DNA of 25,900 nucleotides. Source: an archaeon (GTDB taxonomy: Archaea > Iainarchaeota > Iainarchaeia > Iainarchaeales > CSSED10-239). The stretch is taken from positions 9,284 through 35,183 of the forward strand of contig JBBABY010000012.1 of assembly GCA_041657425.1 (NCBI GenBank), written 5' to 3'. The translations under genes were made by a program, and so were the position numbers. The notes under the pieces were generated by a model. The model worked only from the letters and a program-made list of their open reading frames with translations, searched no databases and was not told where the DNA came from. Shown piece by piece: positions 9,033 to 17,656 of the stretch; positions within the stretch are counted from its first letter, which is position 1; each line of letters opens with the position of its first letter.

Positions 9033-11627
9033 ATGAACACATCAAAAAAAATAAGAAGCATTGAATTTGGAGTATTAAGTCCTGAAATGATAAGAAAGAT
9101 GTCTGCTGTTGAAATTTCAAGAGCTGATACTTATGATAAGGATGGTTATCCAATTGAAAGAGGATTAATGGATCCTCACTTAGGAATTATCTCTCCAGGA
9201 CTTAGATGTAAAACTTGTGGACAAACAATGAAGGGGTGCCCCGGTCACTTCGGTGCTTTAGAATTAATTAGACCTGTAGTTCATCCAAAGTTTGGTGAAA
9301 AACTTTATTATGTGTTAACTTCAACTTGTCAACATTGTGGAAGATTATTATTAGATGATGAAGAAGTAAATGATTTAATGTTAATCTCAGAAGATACAGA
9401 TAAAACAGTTAAGGAAATATTAGCAAGAGTTAAAGGAACAAAAAAGTGTCCTCATTGTAAAACACCAGTTGATAAAATTGCTTTAGATAAACCAACAAAC
9501 TATTTCAAAAACGGAGAAAGATTATATCCTGCAGAAATATTAGATTGGTTAGTTAAAGTTCCAGACAAAGATTTATTCTTATTTGGATATTCAGATAAAT
9601 TAAAACCACAATGGTTTATTCTTTCAGTTTTACCAATATCTCCAGTTTCAATTAGACCATCATTATCTTTAGAAAATGTTATTACTTCTGAGGATGATCT
9701 TACTTACAAGTTACTTGATATTGTTAGAATAAATATTAGATTACAAGAAAACATAAATGCTGGAGCACCACAAATAATTATTGAAGATCTTTGGGATCTT
9801 TTACAATACAATATTACAACATATATTGATAACAACACCGCAGGAGTTCCACCAGCAAAACAAAGATCCGGAAGACCACTTAAAACAATTGCACAAAGAT
9901 TAAAAGGAAAGAAAGGAAGATTTAGATATAACCTTATTGGAAAAAGAGTAAATGCTTCTGCTCGTTCAACAATTACACCTTCTACTGAAATTAAATTCAA
10001 TGAACTTGGAATACCAGAATTTGTTGCAAACACTTTAACAGTTCCAGAAAAAGTAACAACTTGGAATAAAGAAAAAATAAAAGAACAAATATTAAAAGGA
10101 AAGATAAGTTATATCTTGTCAGAAAAAGGATTAAGAAAAATAGTAACTCCAGAAAACTGCGAAGAACTTGCAGGATTATTAGCAGAAGGTATGACTGCTA
10201 AAAGAAAGTTACAAGATGGAGATATAGTAATCTTTAACAGACAGCCAACACTTCACAGAATATCTATGATGGGGCATTATGCTAAAATTCTTCCAGGAAG
10301 AACATTTAGATTAAATCCAATTTGTTGTGATCCATACAATGCTGATTTCGATGGAGATGATATGAATCTTCACGTACCACAAAGTGAAGAGTCCTATACT
10401 GAAGTTAAAGAACTTATGATTGCTGATAAGCATGTAATAAGTGTTAGAAACGGTAAACCAGTTATTACTCCAGATCACGATTTGATTTCAGGAGCATATC
10501 TTTTAACAAGAACAAAAACTGAATTTACAAGAAAAGAAGCAATGGAAATGTTATATTCAATTGGAATAACTGAATTACCTGTTGCAGACAGAGGAAGAGG
10601 AAATTATTCTGGTAAATTAATATTTAGTCAAATACTTCCAAAAGGATTGACCATTGAATATAATAATAAAATGTGTTCAATTGTTGCAAAAGCAAAAGAA
10701 TGCAAGAAAAAATGTAAGAAAGAAAAATGTGCTTACGATTGTTATATGAAAATAGAAAATGGAAAATTAGTTACTGGAGTAATAGATGAAAAAATTGGTT
10801 CTCATAAAGGATTAATTGAAACAATCTATAGACATTTTGGAATTCAAATATTAATTGATTTCTATTATAAGTTTTCAAAATTAGTATTCTATGCAATTGC
10901 AAAACAAGGATTAACTGTTGCTTTAGATGAATATAATGCTTCTGAAGATCTTAAGAAGGAAATTAAATCTAAGATTAAAGGAATGATTGCAAGTTCAAAT
11001 GCAATTATTAAAAAATACGAAGATAGAACTTTACCATTAACTCCAGGAAAAGATTTAGAAGAAACATTTGAAAATGAAATCTTAAAGATTACTGGTGAAA
11101 TGAAAGATAAAGTTTCAGATAAGATTTTAGAAATAAAACTAGATGAATTATTCTCAGAAACAAAGAAAGCAAATAATAATGCAATTCTTATTGCAAGTAT
11201 TGGCGGAAGTCGTGGAAGAGTTTTAAATGTTGTTAATATGACTGGACTATGGGGTCAAGTAACTGTTAGAACAGGAAGACCAAAATCTGGATATGCTGAT
11301 AGATTATTAAGTATTAGTCCAAAAGGAACAAACCAATTAACAGATTATGGATTTGTACAAAGTAATTTCTTTGATGGAATGAATGCAAGAGAATATTTCT
11401 GTCATGCTATTGGTGGAAGACAAGGAGAAATCGACACAGGTGTTGCAACAAAAGTATCTGGTTATCTTTACAGAAGATTATCAAATGCCTTAAAGGATCT
11501 TGTAGTTAACGATGAACTAAAAGTCACAACCGCAGACGGACAAATAATACAATACCTATATGGAGAAGACGGATTATCTCCAGAGAAAGCATACTTAGGA
11601 AAGAATATCAATTTCTTTAACGAGTAA
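9033..11627 (+). CDS. rpoA1: DNA-directed RNA polymerase subunit A'
   Basis: 864 aa with Zn motifs CKTCGQTMKGCPGHFG and CQHCG...CPHCK, RQPTLHRISMM, and the catalytic NADFDGDDMNLHVPQS. Confidence 0.96.
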   Translation: MNTSKKIRSIEFGVLSPEMIRKMSAVEISRADTYDKDGYPIERGLMDPHLGIISPGLRCKTCGQTMKGCPGHFGALELIRPVVHPKFGEKLYYVLTSTCQHCGRLLLDDEEVNDLMLISEDTDKTVKEILARVKGTKKCPHCKTPVDKIALDKPTNYFKNGERLYPAEILDWLVKVPDKDLFLFGYSDKLKPQWFILSVLPISPVSIRPSLSLENVITSEDDLTYKLLDIVRINIRLQENINAGAPQIIIEDLWDLLQYNITTYIDNNTAGVPPAKQRSGRPLKTIAQRLKGKKGRFRYNLIGKRVNASARSTITPSTEIKFNELGIPEFVANTLTVPEKVTTWNKEKIKEQILKGKISYILSEKGLRKIVTPENCEELAGLLAEGMTAKRKLQDGDIVIFNRQPTLHRISMMGHYAKILPGRTFRLNPICCDPYNADFDGDDMNLHVPQSEESYTEVKELMIADKHVISVRNGKPVITPDHDLISGAYLLTRTKTEFTRKEAMEMLYSIGITELPVADRGRGNYSGKLIFSQILPKGLTIEYNNKMCSIVAKAKECKKKCKKEKCAYDCYMKIENGKLVTGVIDEKIGSHKGLIETIYRHFGIQILIDFYYKFSKLVFYAIAKQGLTVALDEYNASEDLKKEIKSKIKGMIASSNAIIKKYEDRTLPLTPGKDLEETFENEILKITGEMKDKVSDKILEIKLDELFSETKKANNNAILIASIGGSRGRVLNVVNMTGLWGQVTVRTGRPKSGYADRLLSISPKGTNQLTDYGFVQSNFFDGMNAREYFCHAIGGRQGEIDTGVATKVSGYLYRRLSNALKDLVVNDELKVTTADGQIIQYLYGEDGLSPEKAYLGKNINFFNE

Positions 11628-11652
11628 ATAAAAAATAAAAAAAGTGAAAAGA

Positions 11653-12825
11653 ATGAAAGCATTGCCAATTAACATTGTTGAAAAAATAGAAAAATATGCA
11701 TCTATGCAAAAGATGAGTCCAGACAAGAAAAGAAAACTTCTTGATGTTGTAACTAAAAAGTACAATGACGGACTTGTTGTTCCAGGTGATGCTGTTGGTC
11801 TTATTGCTGCTCAATCAATTGGAGAACCAGGAACTCAGTTGACATTAAGAACAAAGCACTATGCAGGTTCTTTAGAAGTTTCTGTTGGTCAAGGAATACA
11901 AAGAGTTATTGAAATCGTTGATGCTCGTTCACAAGCAAAGTTTCCATCTATGAAAATTTATGTTAATAGAGAAATAGTAAAGAAAGACAAAGACGTAGAA
12001 ACATTTTGTACAAACTTAATTGATGTTAAAGTTGGAGATGTTGGTTCTTTTGTTGAAGATTTTACTGAAAGATTAGTTTCATATAAATTCAATGCAGAAA
12101 AAGCAAAAGTTTTAGGAATTAATCCAGAAGAAACCATGGAGTCAATCTATGCTGAAATTGAAGATACGTTTGATTCTAAAAGATTTACAAATAATAAACA
12201 ACAAATTAATTTTCACTTCACAAATAAAACTCCATTATATAATATTAGAAAAGCAATATTAAAATGGAATAAAATACCATTATACGGAGTTAAAGGAATT
12301 GAAAAAGCAGTTGTAATTGAAGAAAATGGAGAAAAAGTAATACAAACAAAAGGGTCTAATCTTAAAGAAGTATTAAAGATTGAAGGAATTGATGCATATA
12401 GAACAACAACAAATGATATTTTTGAAGTATATAAGGCATTTGGTGTTGAAGCAGCAAGAGAATCAATAGTTAAAGAATTAAAATATACTTTTGATGTAAA
12501 TGGTATTGCAATTAATACAAGACACATTTATATCTTAGCAGATATGATGACTTCAGCTGGAGCAGTCCAAGGAGTTGTTAGAACAGGAATTACAGGAAAG
12601 AAGAAAAGTCCATTTGCTAGAGCAGCTTTCGAAGAAACAATTAAACATATTGTTAATGCAGCTTTCAATGGAGAAATTGAAGGACTTGTTGGAATTACTG
12701 AAAATATCATTGTTGGTCAACCAATCTCTGCAGGAACAGGAAAAGTAAGATTAACACTTGATGCTAAGGGCCTTGAGAAGATGATCAAGGCAAAAGCTCA
12801 GCAAGACAAGAACAAGGAAGAATAA
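11653..12825 (+). CDS. rpoA2: DNA-directed RNA polymerase subunit A''
   Basis: 390 or so aa with [23 protein letters not shown] and a trigger-loop-type region. ORF track starts at GTG 11644, but that GTGA is the SD-like element 5 nt upstream of ATG 11653. Confidence 0.93.
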   Translation: MKALPINIVEKIEKYASMQKMSPDKKRKLLDVVTKKYNDGLVVPGDAVGLIAAQSIGEPGTQLTLRTKHYAGSLEVSVGQGIQRVIEIVDARSQAKFPSMKIYVNREIVKKDKDVETFCTNLIDVKVGDVGSFVEDFTERLVSYKFNAEKAKVLGINPEETMESIYAEIEDTFDSKRFTNNKQQINFHFTNKTPLYNIRKAILKWNKIPLYGVKGIEKAVVIEENGEKVIQTKGSNLKEVLKIEGIDAYRTTTNDIFEVYKAFGVEAARESIVKELKYTFDVNGIAINTRHIYILADMMTSAGAVQGVVRTGITGKKKSPFARAAFEETIKHIVNAAFNGEIEGLVGITENIIVGQPISAGTGKVRLTLDAKGLEKMIKAKAQQDKNKEE

Positions 12826-12960
12826 TTTAGTTTATAATGTTTTTGTAATATAAAATATATAGTTATTCTATTTATTTTAGATTATAAGAATTATAATATT
12901 AGTAAAATAAAAGATGTGCAAGACAAAGTAAAAATAAAAAATTGAGGAATGTGAATAATT

Positions 12961-13545
12961 ATGAATTGGATAAGATTCAATCAAGAACTAAGAAATACAA
13001 TTGATACAGGAAAAATAATCTATGGTGCAAACCAAGCTAAAAAAGAATGTTTAATTGGAGACCCAAAATTAATAATTGTGAGTTCAACAATTGACAAGCA
13101 AAATAAAGAATTATTTGGCCATTATGCAAAATTGTTAAATATACCAATGGTAGAATATCCAGAAGGAAGTGTTGAACTTGGTTCTGTTTGTGGAAAACCA
13201 TTTAATATGGCAATAATTGTAATAATTGACGGCGGAAAATCTTCTATATTTGAAGTAATAAATGAAAAAGACTCAGATAAGAAAGAAGATGTAAAAGTTG
13301 TCGCAAAAAGACAAAAGAAAGAAGATAAGAAAACTGCAAAATCTGAGAAAGCAAAATCAAAGAAAGATGCTGATGAAGACTTCTCTGAAGAAGAATTAAG
13401 TTCTAAGAAAACAAGAGATGCAAAGAAAGCAACAAGAGGAACTAAAGTTAAAGAAAATAAAGACAAAGAAACAAAAGAAGAAGACGAAGTTCCAATCTTA
13501 GAAGATAAAATGTTTAAAGACATTATTAAAATCAAGAAGAAATAG
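12961..13545 (+). CDS. rpl30e: 50S ribosomal protein L30e with about 90-aa Lys/Glu/Asp-rich C-terminal extension
   Basis: The N-terminal 100 or so aa match L30e (TGKIIYGANQAKK...KLIIVSS...YAKLLNIPMVEYPEGSVELGSVCGKPFNMAIIVIIDGG). It holds the canonical position after rpoA''. GTGA (12951-12954) lies 6 nt before the ATG. Confidence 0.85.
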   Translation: MNWIRFNQELRNTIDTGKIIYGANQAKKECLIGDPKLIIVSSTIDKQNKELFGHYAKLLNIPMVEYPEGSVELGSVCGKPFNMAIIVIIDGGKSSIFEVINEKDSDKKEDVKVVAKRQKKEDKKTAKSEKAKSKKDADEDFSEEELSSKKTRDAKKATRGTKVKENKDKETKEEDEVPILEDKMFKDIIKIKKK

Positions 13546-13556
13546 AAATAAAACTT

Positions 13557-13563
13557 AAGGTGA
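13557..13563 (+). promoter_or_regulatory. Shine-Dalgarno element AAGGTGA for rps12
   Basis: It lies 7 nt upstream of ATG 13571. The ORF-track ATG at 13565 is only 1 nt from the motif. Confidence 0.6.
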
Positions 13564-13570
13564 AATGAAT

Positions 13571-13996
13571 ATGGCAAATGGAGAATTTTCTGCAAGGAAA
13601 TTAATTAAAGATAGAAAGAAATGGGTTAAGAAAGATCCAAGAAATAAAAGAAAATTAAAAGTTGATAAAAAAGCAGGACTTTTAGAAGGAGCACCTCAAG
13701 CAAGAGGAATTGTTCTTGATAAAAAAGGAATTACTGCAAGACAGCCAAACTCTGGAATCAGAAAATGTGTTAGAGTTCAATTAATTAAAAATGGTAAAGA
13801 ACTAACTGCATTTGCTCCAAAAGATAAAGCAATTAAATTTATTGATGCGCACGATCAAGTTACTGTTGAAGGTATCGGTGGAAGAAAAGGCGGACCAATT
13901 GGAGATCTTTGGGGTGTAAGATACAAGGTTGTAAAAGTTAACGATCAATCACTTGAAATGTTAAGAAAAGGTAAGAAGGAAAAGACTAAGAGATAA
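13571..13996 (+). CDS. rps12: 30S ribosomal protein S12
   Basis: Contains the [26 protein letters not shown] block typical of archaeal S12 (uS12). ORF track starts at 13565; 13571 is preferred from the SD spacing. Confidence 0.93.
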   Translation: MANGEFSARKLIKDRKKWVKKDPRNKRKLKVDKKAGLLEGAPQARGIVLDKKGITARQPNSGIRKCVRVQLIKNGKELTAFAPKDKAIKFIDAHDQVTVEGIGGRKGGPIGDLWGVRYKVVKVNDQSLEMLRKGKKEKTKR

Positions 13997-13999
13997 ATT

Positions 14000-14005
14000 A
14001 AGGTG
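14000..14005 (+). promoter_or_regulatory. Shine-Dalgarno element AAGGTG for rps7
   Basis: It lies 7 nt upstream of ATG 14013. Confidence 0.6.
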
Positions 14006-14012
14006 TTAAAAA

Positions 14013-14612
14013 ATGAAATTATTTGATAAATGGGAAACAAAAGGAATAAATCATAAAGATGCAGGTCTTTATAAGTATATGAATTTAGAAGACAAGATTA
14101 TACCACATTCATTTGGTGCAACAAACAAAGAACCTTCAAGAAAAACAAAAATAAATGTTGTTGAAAGACTTGTTAACAAGATGATGAGATCTGGACAAGG
14201 AAAGAAAAAGCTTGCAGGAAAATATGTAAGACACAGAATGGGTTGTGGAAAGAAAGAATTAATGTTAAAGGCAGTAGAAGATGCTTTTGATCATATACAC
14301 AAGGTTACAAAAGAAAATCCAGTTCAAGTGTTAGTAACAGCAATAGAATATTCTGCACCTAGAGAAGACATTACTAAACTTAAGAAAGGAGACATAACTT
14401 ACACACAATCAGTTGATTTAGCTCCAATCAAGAGATTAGATGAAGCTTTAAAGAACATTTCCCTTGCATGTTTTAAAAACACATACAAAACAAAGAAAGA
14501 ACCAGCAGCAGCACTTGCAGAAGAAATAATTGATGCTTCAAAGAACGATCAAAAGAGTTTTTCAGTAAAAAAGAAAGACGAAATCGAAAGAATTGCACAA
14601 GGTTCAAGATAA
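14013..14612 (+). CDS. rps7: 30S ribosomal protein S7
   Basis: 199 aa in the canonical position after rps12. Archaeal uS7-like sequence (VERLVNKMMRSG...KKLAGK..., C-terminal KKKDEIERIAQGSR). Confidence 0.9.
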   Translation: MKLFDKWETKGINHKDAGLYKYMNLEDKIIPHSFGATNKEPSRKTKINVVERLVNKMMRSGQGKKKLAGKYVRHRMGCGKKELMLKAVEDAFDHIHKVTKENPVQVLVTAIEYSAPREDITKLKKGDITYTQSVDLAPIKRLDEALKNISLACFKNTYKTKKEPAAALAEEIIDASKNDQKSFSVKKKDEIERIAQGSR

Positions 14613-14629
14613 ATAAATTTAGAACCTTC

Positions 14630-14654
14630 TTCATTCTTTCTTTTTTTCTTTTTT
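14630..14654 (+). terminator. T-rich terminator after rps7
   Basis: cttcattctttctttttttctttttt follows an inverted repeat GGTTC/GAACC (14601-14605 / 14622-14626) that spans the stop codon. A 137-nt spacer separates it from the next gene. Confidence 0.4.
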
Positions 14655-14735
14655 AAATTATTTTACTGTAATTTTTATAACTAAAGATAAGAAGATGATA
14701 TTTAATTTGATAATAAATTAATAATAAAAAAATTT

Positions 14736-14742
14736 AAGGTGA
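14736..14742 (+). promoter_or_regulatory. Shine-Dalgarno element AAGGTGA for EF-2
   Basis: It lies 7 nt upstream of ATG 14750. Confidence 0.6.
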
Positions 14743-14749
14743 ATTATAA

Positions 14750-16948
14750 ATGGGACGAAAAGAACTTGTTGCAGAACTTGCACAAAGATTAATGAGTAAT
14801 ACAAAAAATATTAGAAATATTGCAATCATTGCACATATTGATCACGGAAAGTCAACATTGACTGACAACTTAGTTGCTACAGCTGGACTTATTTCAAAAG
14901 AATTAGCTGGTCAACAAGTATTCATGGATTCTTATATCTTAGAACAAGAAAGAGGAATCACAATTAATGCTTCTAATGTTTCTGTTCCTTGTGAAATAAA
15001 CGGAGAGAAATTCTTAGTTAATATTATTGATACACCAGGTCACGTTGATTTCGGTGGAGATGTTATTAGAGCTATGAGAGCTGTTGATGGTGCAGTTCTT
15101 GTTGTTGATGCTGTTGAAGGAGTTATGCCTCAAACAGAAACAGTTCTAAGACAAGCATTAAAGGAAAGAGTTAGACCTGTATTATTCATCAACAAAGTTG
15201 ATAGATTAATTACAGAAATGAATGTAACTCCAGAAGACATGCAAAAAAGATTCATAAAGGTTGTAATGGATATTAATAATTTAATATCAAAGAACGCACC
15301 TGAAGAATTTGCACAAATCTGGCAAGTTAATATTAAAAACGGTTCAGTATGTTTCGGTTCAGGATACCACAACTGGGCATTATCAGTTCCAGCAATGGCT
15401 AAATATAATATGAAGTTTAGTGATATTGTTGATTATTGTAAACAAGAAAAACAAAAAGAATTATCTCAAAGAATTCCAGTAAGTGAAGTTTTCTTAGAAA
15501 TGGTTTCAATGCATTTACCAAATCCAATGCAATCTCAAAAATATAGAATTCCAATCATTTGGGGTGGAGATTTAGAAACTACAGAAGGAAAAGCAATGAG
15601 TGAATGTAATCATTCTGAAGATAATGTAGCTATGATGATAACTGATATTGTTTTAGATAAACACGCAGGAGATATTGCTTCTGGAAGAATTTATTCTGGA
15701 TCAATAAAGAAAGGAATGGACCTAAATGTAATAGGTGCAGACAAAGTTGCTAAAGTTCAACAAGTTGGAATTTACTTAGGACCAGAAAGAGTAATCTTAG
15801 ATGAAGTAATAGCTGGTAACATTGTTTGTGTTATTGGTATGAAAGAAGTTTATGCTGGTCAAACATTATCAAATCACGAAATAAAACCATTTGAAAGCTT
15901 TATGTCAGATGTTGAACCAGTTATGACTGTTTCAATTGAAGCAAAGAACAGTAAAGATCTTCCAAAATTAATTGAGGTTGTACACAACATCACAAAGGAA
16001 GACCCAAACATAAGAGTTGAATTAAATCAAGAAACAGGAGAACACTTAATTTCAGGAATGGGAGAACTTCATTTGGAAATTACTCAATACAAGATTGAGA
16101 AAGATAATAATATTCCAATCACAGTTAGTCCACCAATTGTTTTATACTATGAAACAATACAAAAGGAAGGCCCAACAATTGAAGGAAAATCTCCAAACAA
16201 ACACAATAAGTTTAAAATCTCTGTAGAACCAATTGAACCAGAAATGCTTGCAAAGATTAAAGCAATGAAGTTTGATGGAAGAATCAGATTAAACAAAGAT
16301 GTTGATATCCAAAATAAATTTATTGATGCAGGATTCACAAAAGATGAATCAAAGAACATTTGGGCAGTTCATAATAACTGTATCTTAATCAACAGAACAA
16401 AAGGAATACAAAATCTTTTTGAAACTAGAGAACTTGTAATTGATGCATTTAATGATGCAACAAAAGAAGGACCAGTTGCTAAAGAGAAAGTTTCTGGAGT
16501 TTTAGTAAATTTAGAAGATGCAACTCTTCACGAAGATGCAATACACAGAGGTCCAGCTCAAGTACTTCCAGCAATTACAAGAGCGATCTGGGCAGGTATT
16601 CTTTCAGCAGATTATACATTGTTTGAACCAAAGCAGAAATTATCTGTTTCAGTTCCACAAGATTTCATGGGTTCAGTTAATAGAGTATTAGCTGGTAGAA
16701 GAACACAAATTGAAAGAATTGATATGGAAGGAGACTCTTGTGTTGTTGTTGGAGTTATCCCAGTTAAATCATTAATTGGTTTAAGTCAGGACATGAGAGG
16801 AGAAACACAAGGAAGAGCTGTTTGGACTGCAGAATATGCGGGTTACGAGAAGATCCCAAAATCAATCTTAATGTCCACAATCATGGAAATAAGAACAAGA
16901 AAGGGATTAGAACCAGAACCAAAGCCAGCAGAATTCTTTATGGATTAA
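14750..16948 (+). CDS. fusA: translation elongation factor 2 (aEF-2)
   Basis: 732 aa with GTPase motifs AHIDHGKST, DTPGHVDF and NKVDR, and the diphthamide-site block HEDAIHRGPAQV. Confidence 0.96.
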   Translation: MGRKELVAELAQRLMSNTKNIRNIAIIAHIDHGKSTLTDNLVATAGLISKELAGQQVFMDSYILEQERGITINASNVSVPCEINGEKFLVNIIDTPGHVDFGGDVIRAMRAVDGAVLVVDAVEGVMPQTETVLRQALKERVRPVLFINKVDRLITEMNVTPEDMQKRFIKVVMDINNLISKNAPEEFAQIWQVNIKNGSVCFGSGYHNWALSVPAMAKYNMKFSDIVDYCKQEKQKELSQRIPVSEVFLEMVSMHLPNPMQSQKYRIPIIWGGDLETTEGKAMSECNHSEDNVAMMITDIVLDKHAGDIASGRIYSGSIKKGMDLNVIGADKVAKVQQVGIYLGPERVILDEVIAGNIVCVIGMKEVYAGQTLSNHEIKPFESFMSDVEPVMTVSIEAKNSKDLPKLIEVVHNITKEDPNIRVELNQETGEHLISGMGELHLEITQYKIEKDNNIPITVSPPIVLYYETIQKEGPTIEGKSPNKHNKFKISVEPIEPEMLAKIKAMKFDGRIRLNKDVDIQNKFIDAGFTKDESKNIWAVHNNCILINRTKGIQNLFETRELVIDAFNDATKEGPVAKEKVSGVLVNLEDATLHEDAIHRGPAQVLPAITRAIWAGILSADYTLFEPKQKLSVSVPQDFMGSVNRVLAGRRTQIERIDMEGDSCVVVGVIPVKSLIGLSQDMRGETQGRAVWTAEYAGYEKIPKSILMSTIMEIRTRKGLEPEPKPAEFFMD

Positions 16949-16976
16949 TGAAGAATTTTTTTCCCTTTTTTAATTT
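16932..16976 (+). terminator. hairpin plus oligo-T after EF-2
   Basis: AATTCTT (16932-16938) pairs with AAGAATT (16951-16957) across the stop codon. It is followed by tttttttcccttttttaattt. Confidence 0.4.
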
Positions 16977-17015
16977 ATTTAATTTCTATTTCTTTGATTT
17001 TATTAAATCGCAAGA

Positions 17016-17030
17016 TTTATATATATTTTT
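17016..17030 (+). promoter_or_regulatory. candidate TATA box for ORF 17048 (leaderless-type spacing)
   Basis: tttatatatattttt is centred about 25 nt upstream of ATG 17048, and no SD is present. Confidence 0.3.
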
Positions 17031-17047
17031 ATCTTCTATAAGTAATT

Positions 17048-17380
17048 ATGAGAACAATAAAATTTTCTAGAATTAGAATTGCAAGAAATTTTAAAAATAC
17101 TAAATCAATAGGTGTAACTTTACTTATGATTTTATTTATTTTTACTATGTTTGTTTCTAAAGGTTTATATGCTCACAGATTTGAAGTAGTAACTACAAAA
17201 TCTAACGATAATTCTGGAGAAGATAGATTTGAAAAAAACAAAGTAAATACTGATAAATTTATTTATACAGATTATTCTTTAGATGATGATTCATTCGGAT
17301 TAATAGAGGATGATACAGACGTATTTGATTTATTATTACCAGATGACGATTATTATCCTGATGAAGTAAGTCCCCGGTGA
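17048..17380 (+). CDS. hypothetical small membrane-anchored or secreted protein with acidic C-terminus
   Basis: 110 aa with a basic N-terminus and one hydrophobic segment (IGVTLLMILFIFTMFVSKGLYA). The tail is Asp-rich (DDDSFGLIEDDTDVFDLLLPDDDYYPDE). No homology recognised. Confidence 0.4.
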   Translation: MRTIKFSRIRIARNFKNTKSIGVTLLMILFIFTMFVSKGLYAHRFEVVTTKSNDNSGEDRFEKNKVNTDKFIYTDYSLDDDSFGLIEDDTDVFDLLLPDDDYYPDEVSPR

Positions 17381-17408
17381 GCTACAAAAATTCAACGGTA
17401 TTTTTTTA

Positions 17409-17633
17409 GGAGCTGAAGTTTCGTCGGAAGAAACACTAACCTCCGAAGTTAGTTTAGAGACAATTCACAGATGATGTAAAAATTGGGTTGCGCCTGTCGT
17501 CGTAAGACGGGTTTCCCGAAAGGGAGACCTCGGTCGTCAGAAATGGCTTCCGGATGGAAGAAATTCCTTCGCGTAGTAGGCCCGAATCATAGTTGATTTG
17601 TTTCGCTTGCGGGTTCGAATCCCGTCAGCTCTA
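17409..17633 (+). tRNA. tRNA-Arg(CCG)-like gene carrying a 156-nt structured insertion between anticodon arm and T arm
   Basis: Acceptor GGAGCTG (17409-15) pairs with CAGCTCT (17626-32), 7 bp with G1-U72. D stem GTTT/AAAC (17418-21 / 17431-34). Perfect anticodon stem CTAAC/GTTAG (17436-40 / 17448-52) with loop CTCCGAA (U33, CCG, A37). Canonical T arm GCGGG-TTCGAAT-CCCGT (17609-25) and discriminator A. The insert 17453-17608 is GC-rich and highly self-complementary. Non-canonical features are A8, C14 and the insert itself. Confidence 0.6.
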
Positions 17634-17656
17634 CTATTATATTAATGTGGTAAAAA

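Noticed and set aside
5162-12825. Inteins, homing endonucleases or frameshifts in the RNAP subunit genes.
   Set aside because: Subunit lengths (491, 606, 864 and about 390 aa) and motif order are normal for a split-B archaeal RNAP, and there are no extra Cys/His-Asn splice junction blocks.
17363-17552. RNase P RNA-like motifs. GAAGTAAGTCCCCGG (17363-17377) resembles CR-I (GAGGAAAGUCC). GTCAGAAATGGCTTC (17536-17550) resembles CR-V (ACAGAAnnCGGCUUA). AAG(T)CC / GGCTT can form a P4-like helix with a bulged U, and AGATGAT (17469-17475) resembles CR-IV.
   Set aside because: I found no complementary partners for P1, P2 or P3 in the AT-rich upstream sequence. The CR-IV to CR-V spacing (about 60 nt including a hairpin) is wrong. 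The 3' motifs lie inside a helix-closed insert of a much better supported tRNA-like fold. The question is still worth an Infernal RNase P scan.
17468-17600. Possible C/D-box sRNA inside the tRNA insert (ATGATGT as the C box, TTGA near the 3' end as the D box), by analogy with tRNA-Trp intron sRNAs.
   Set aside because: There is no canonical CTGA D box anywhere in the insert. The boxes are not adjacent to the terminal stem, and no C'/D' pair is evident. Only a tandem G-A internal loop can be supported.
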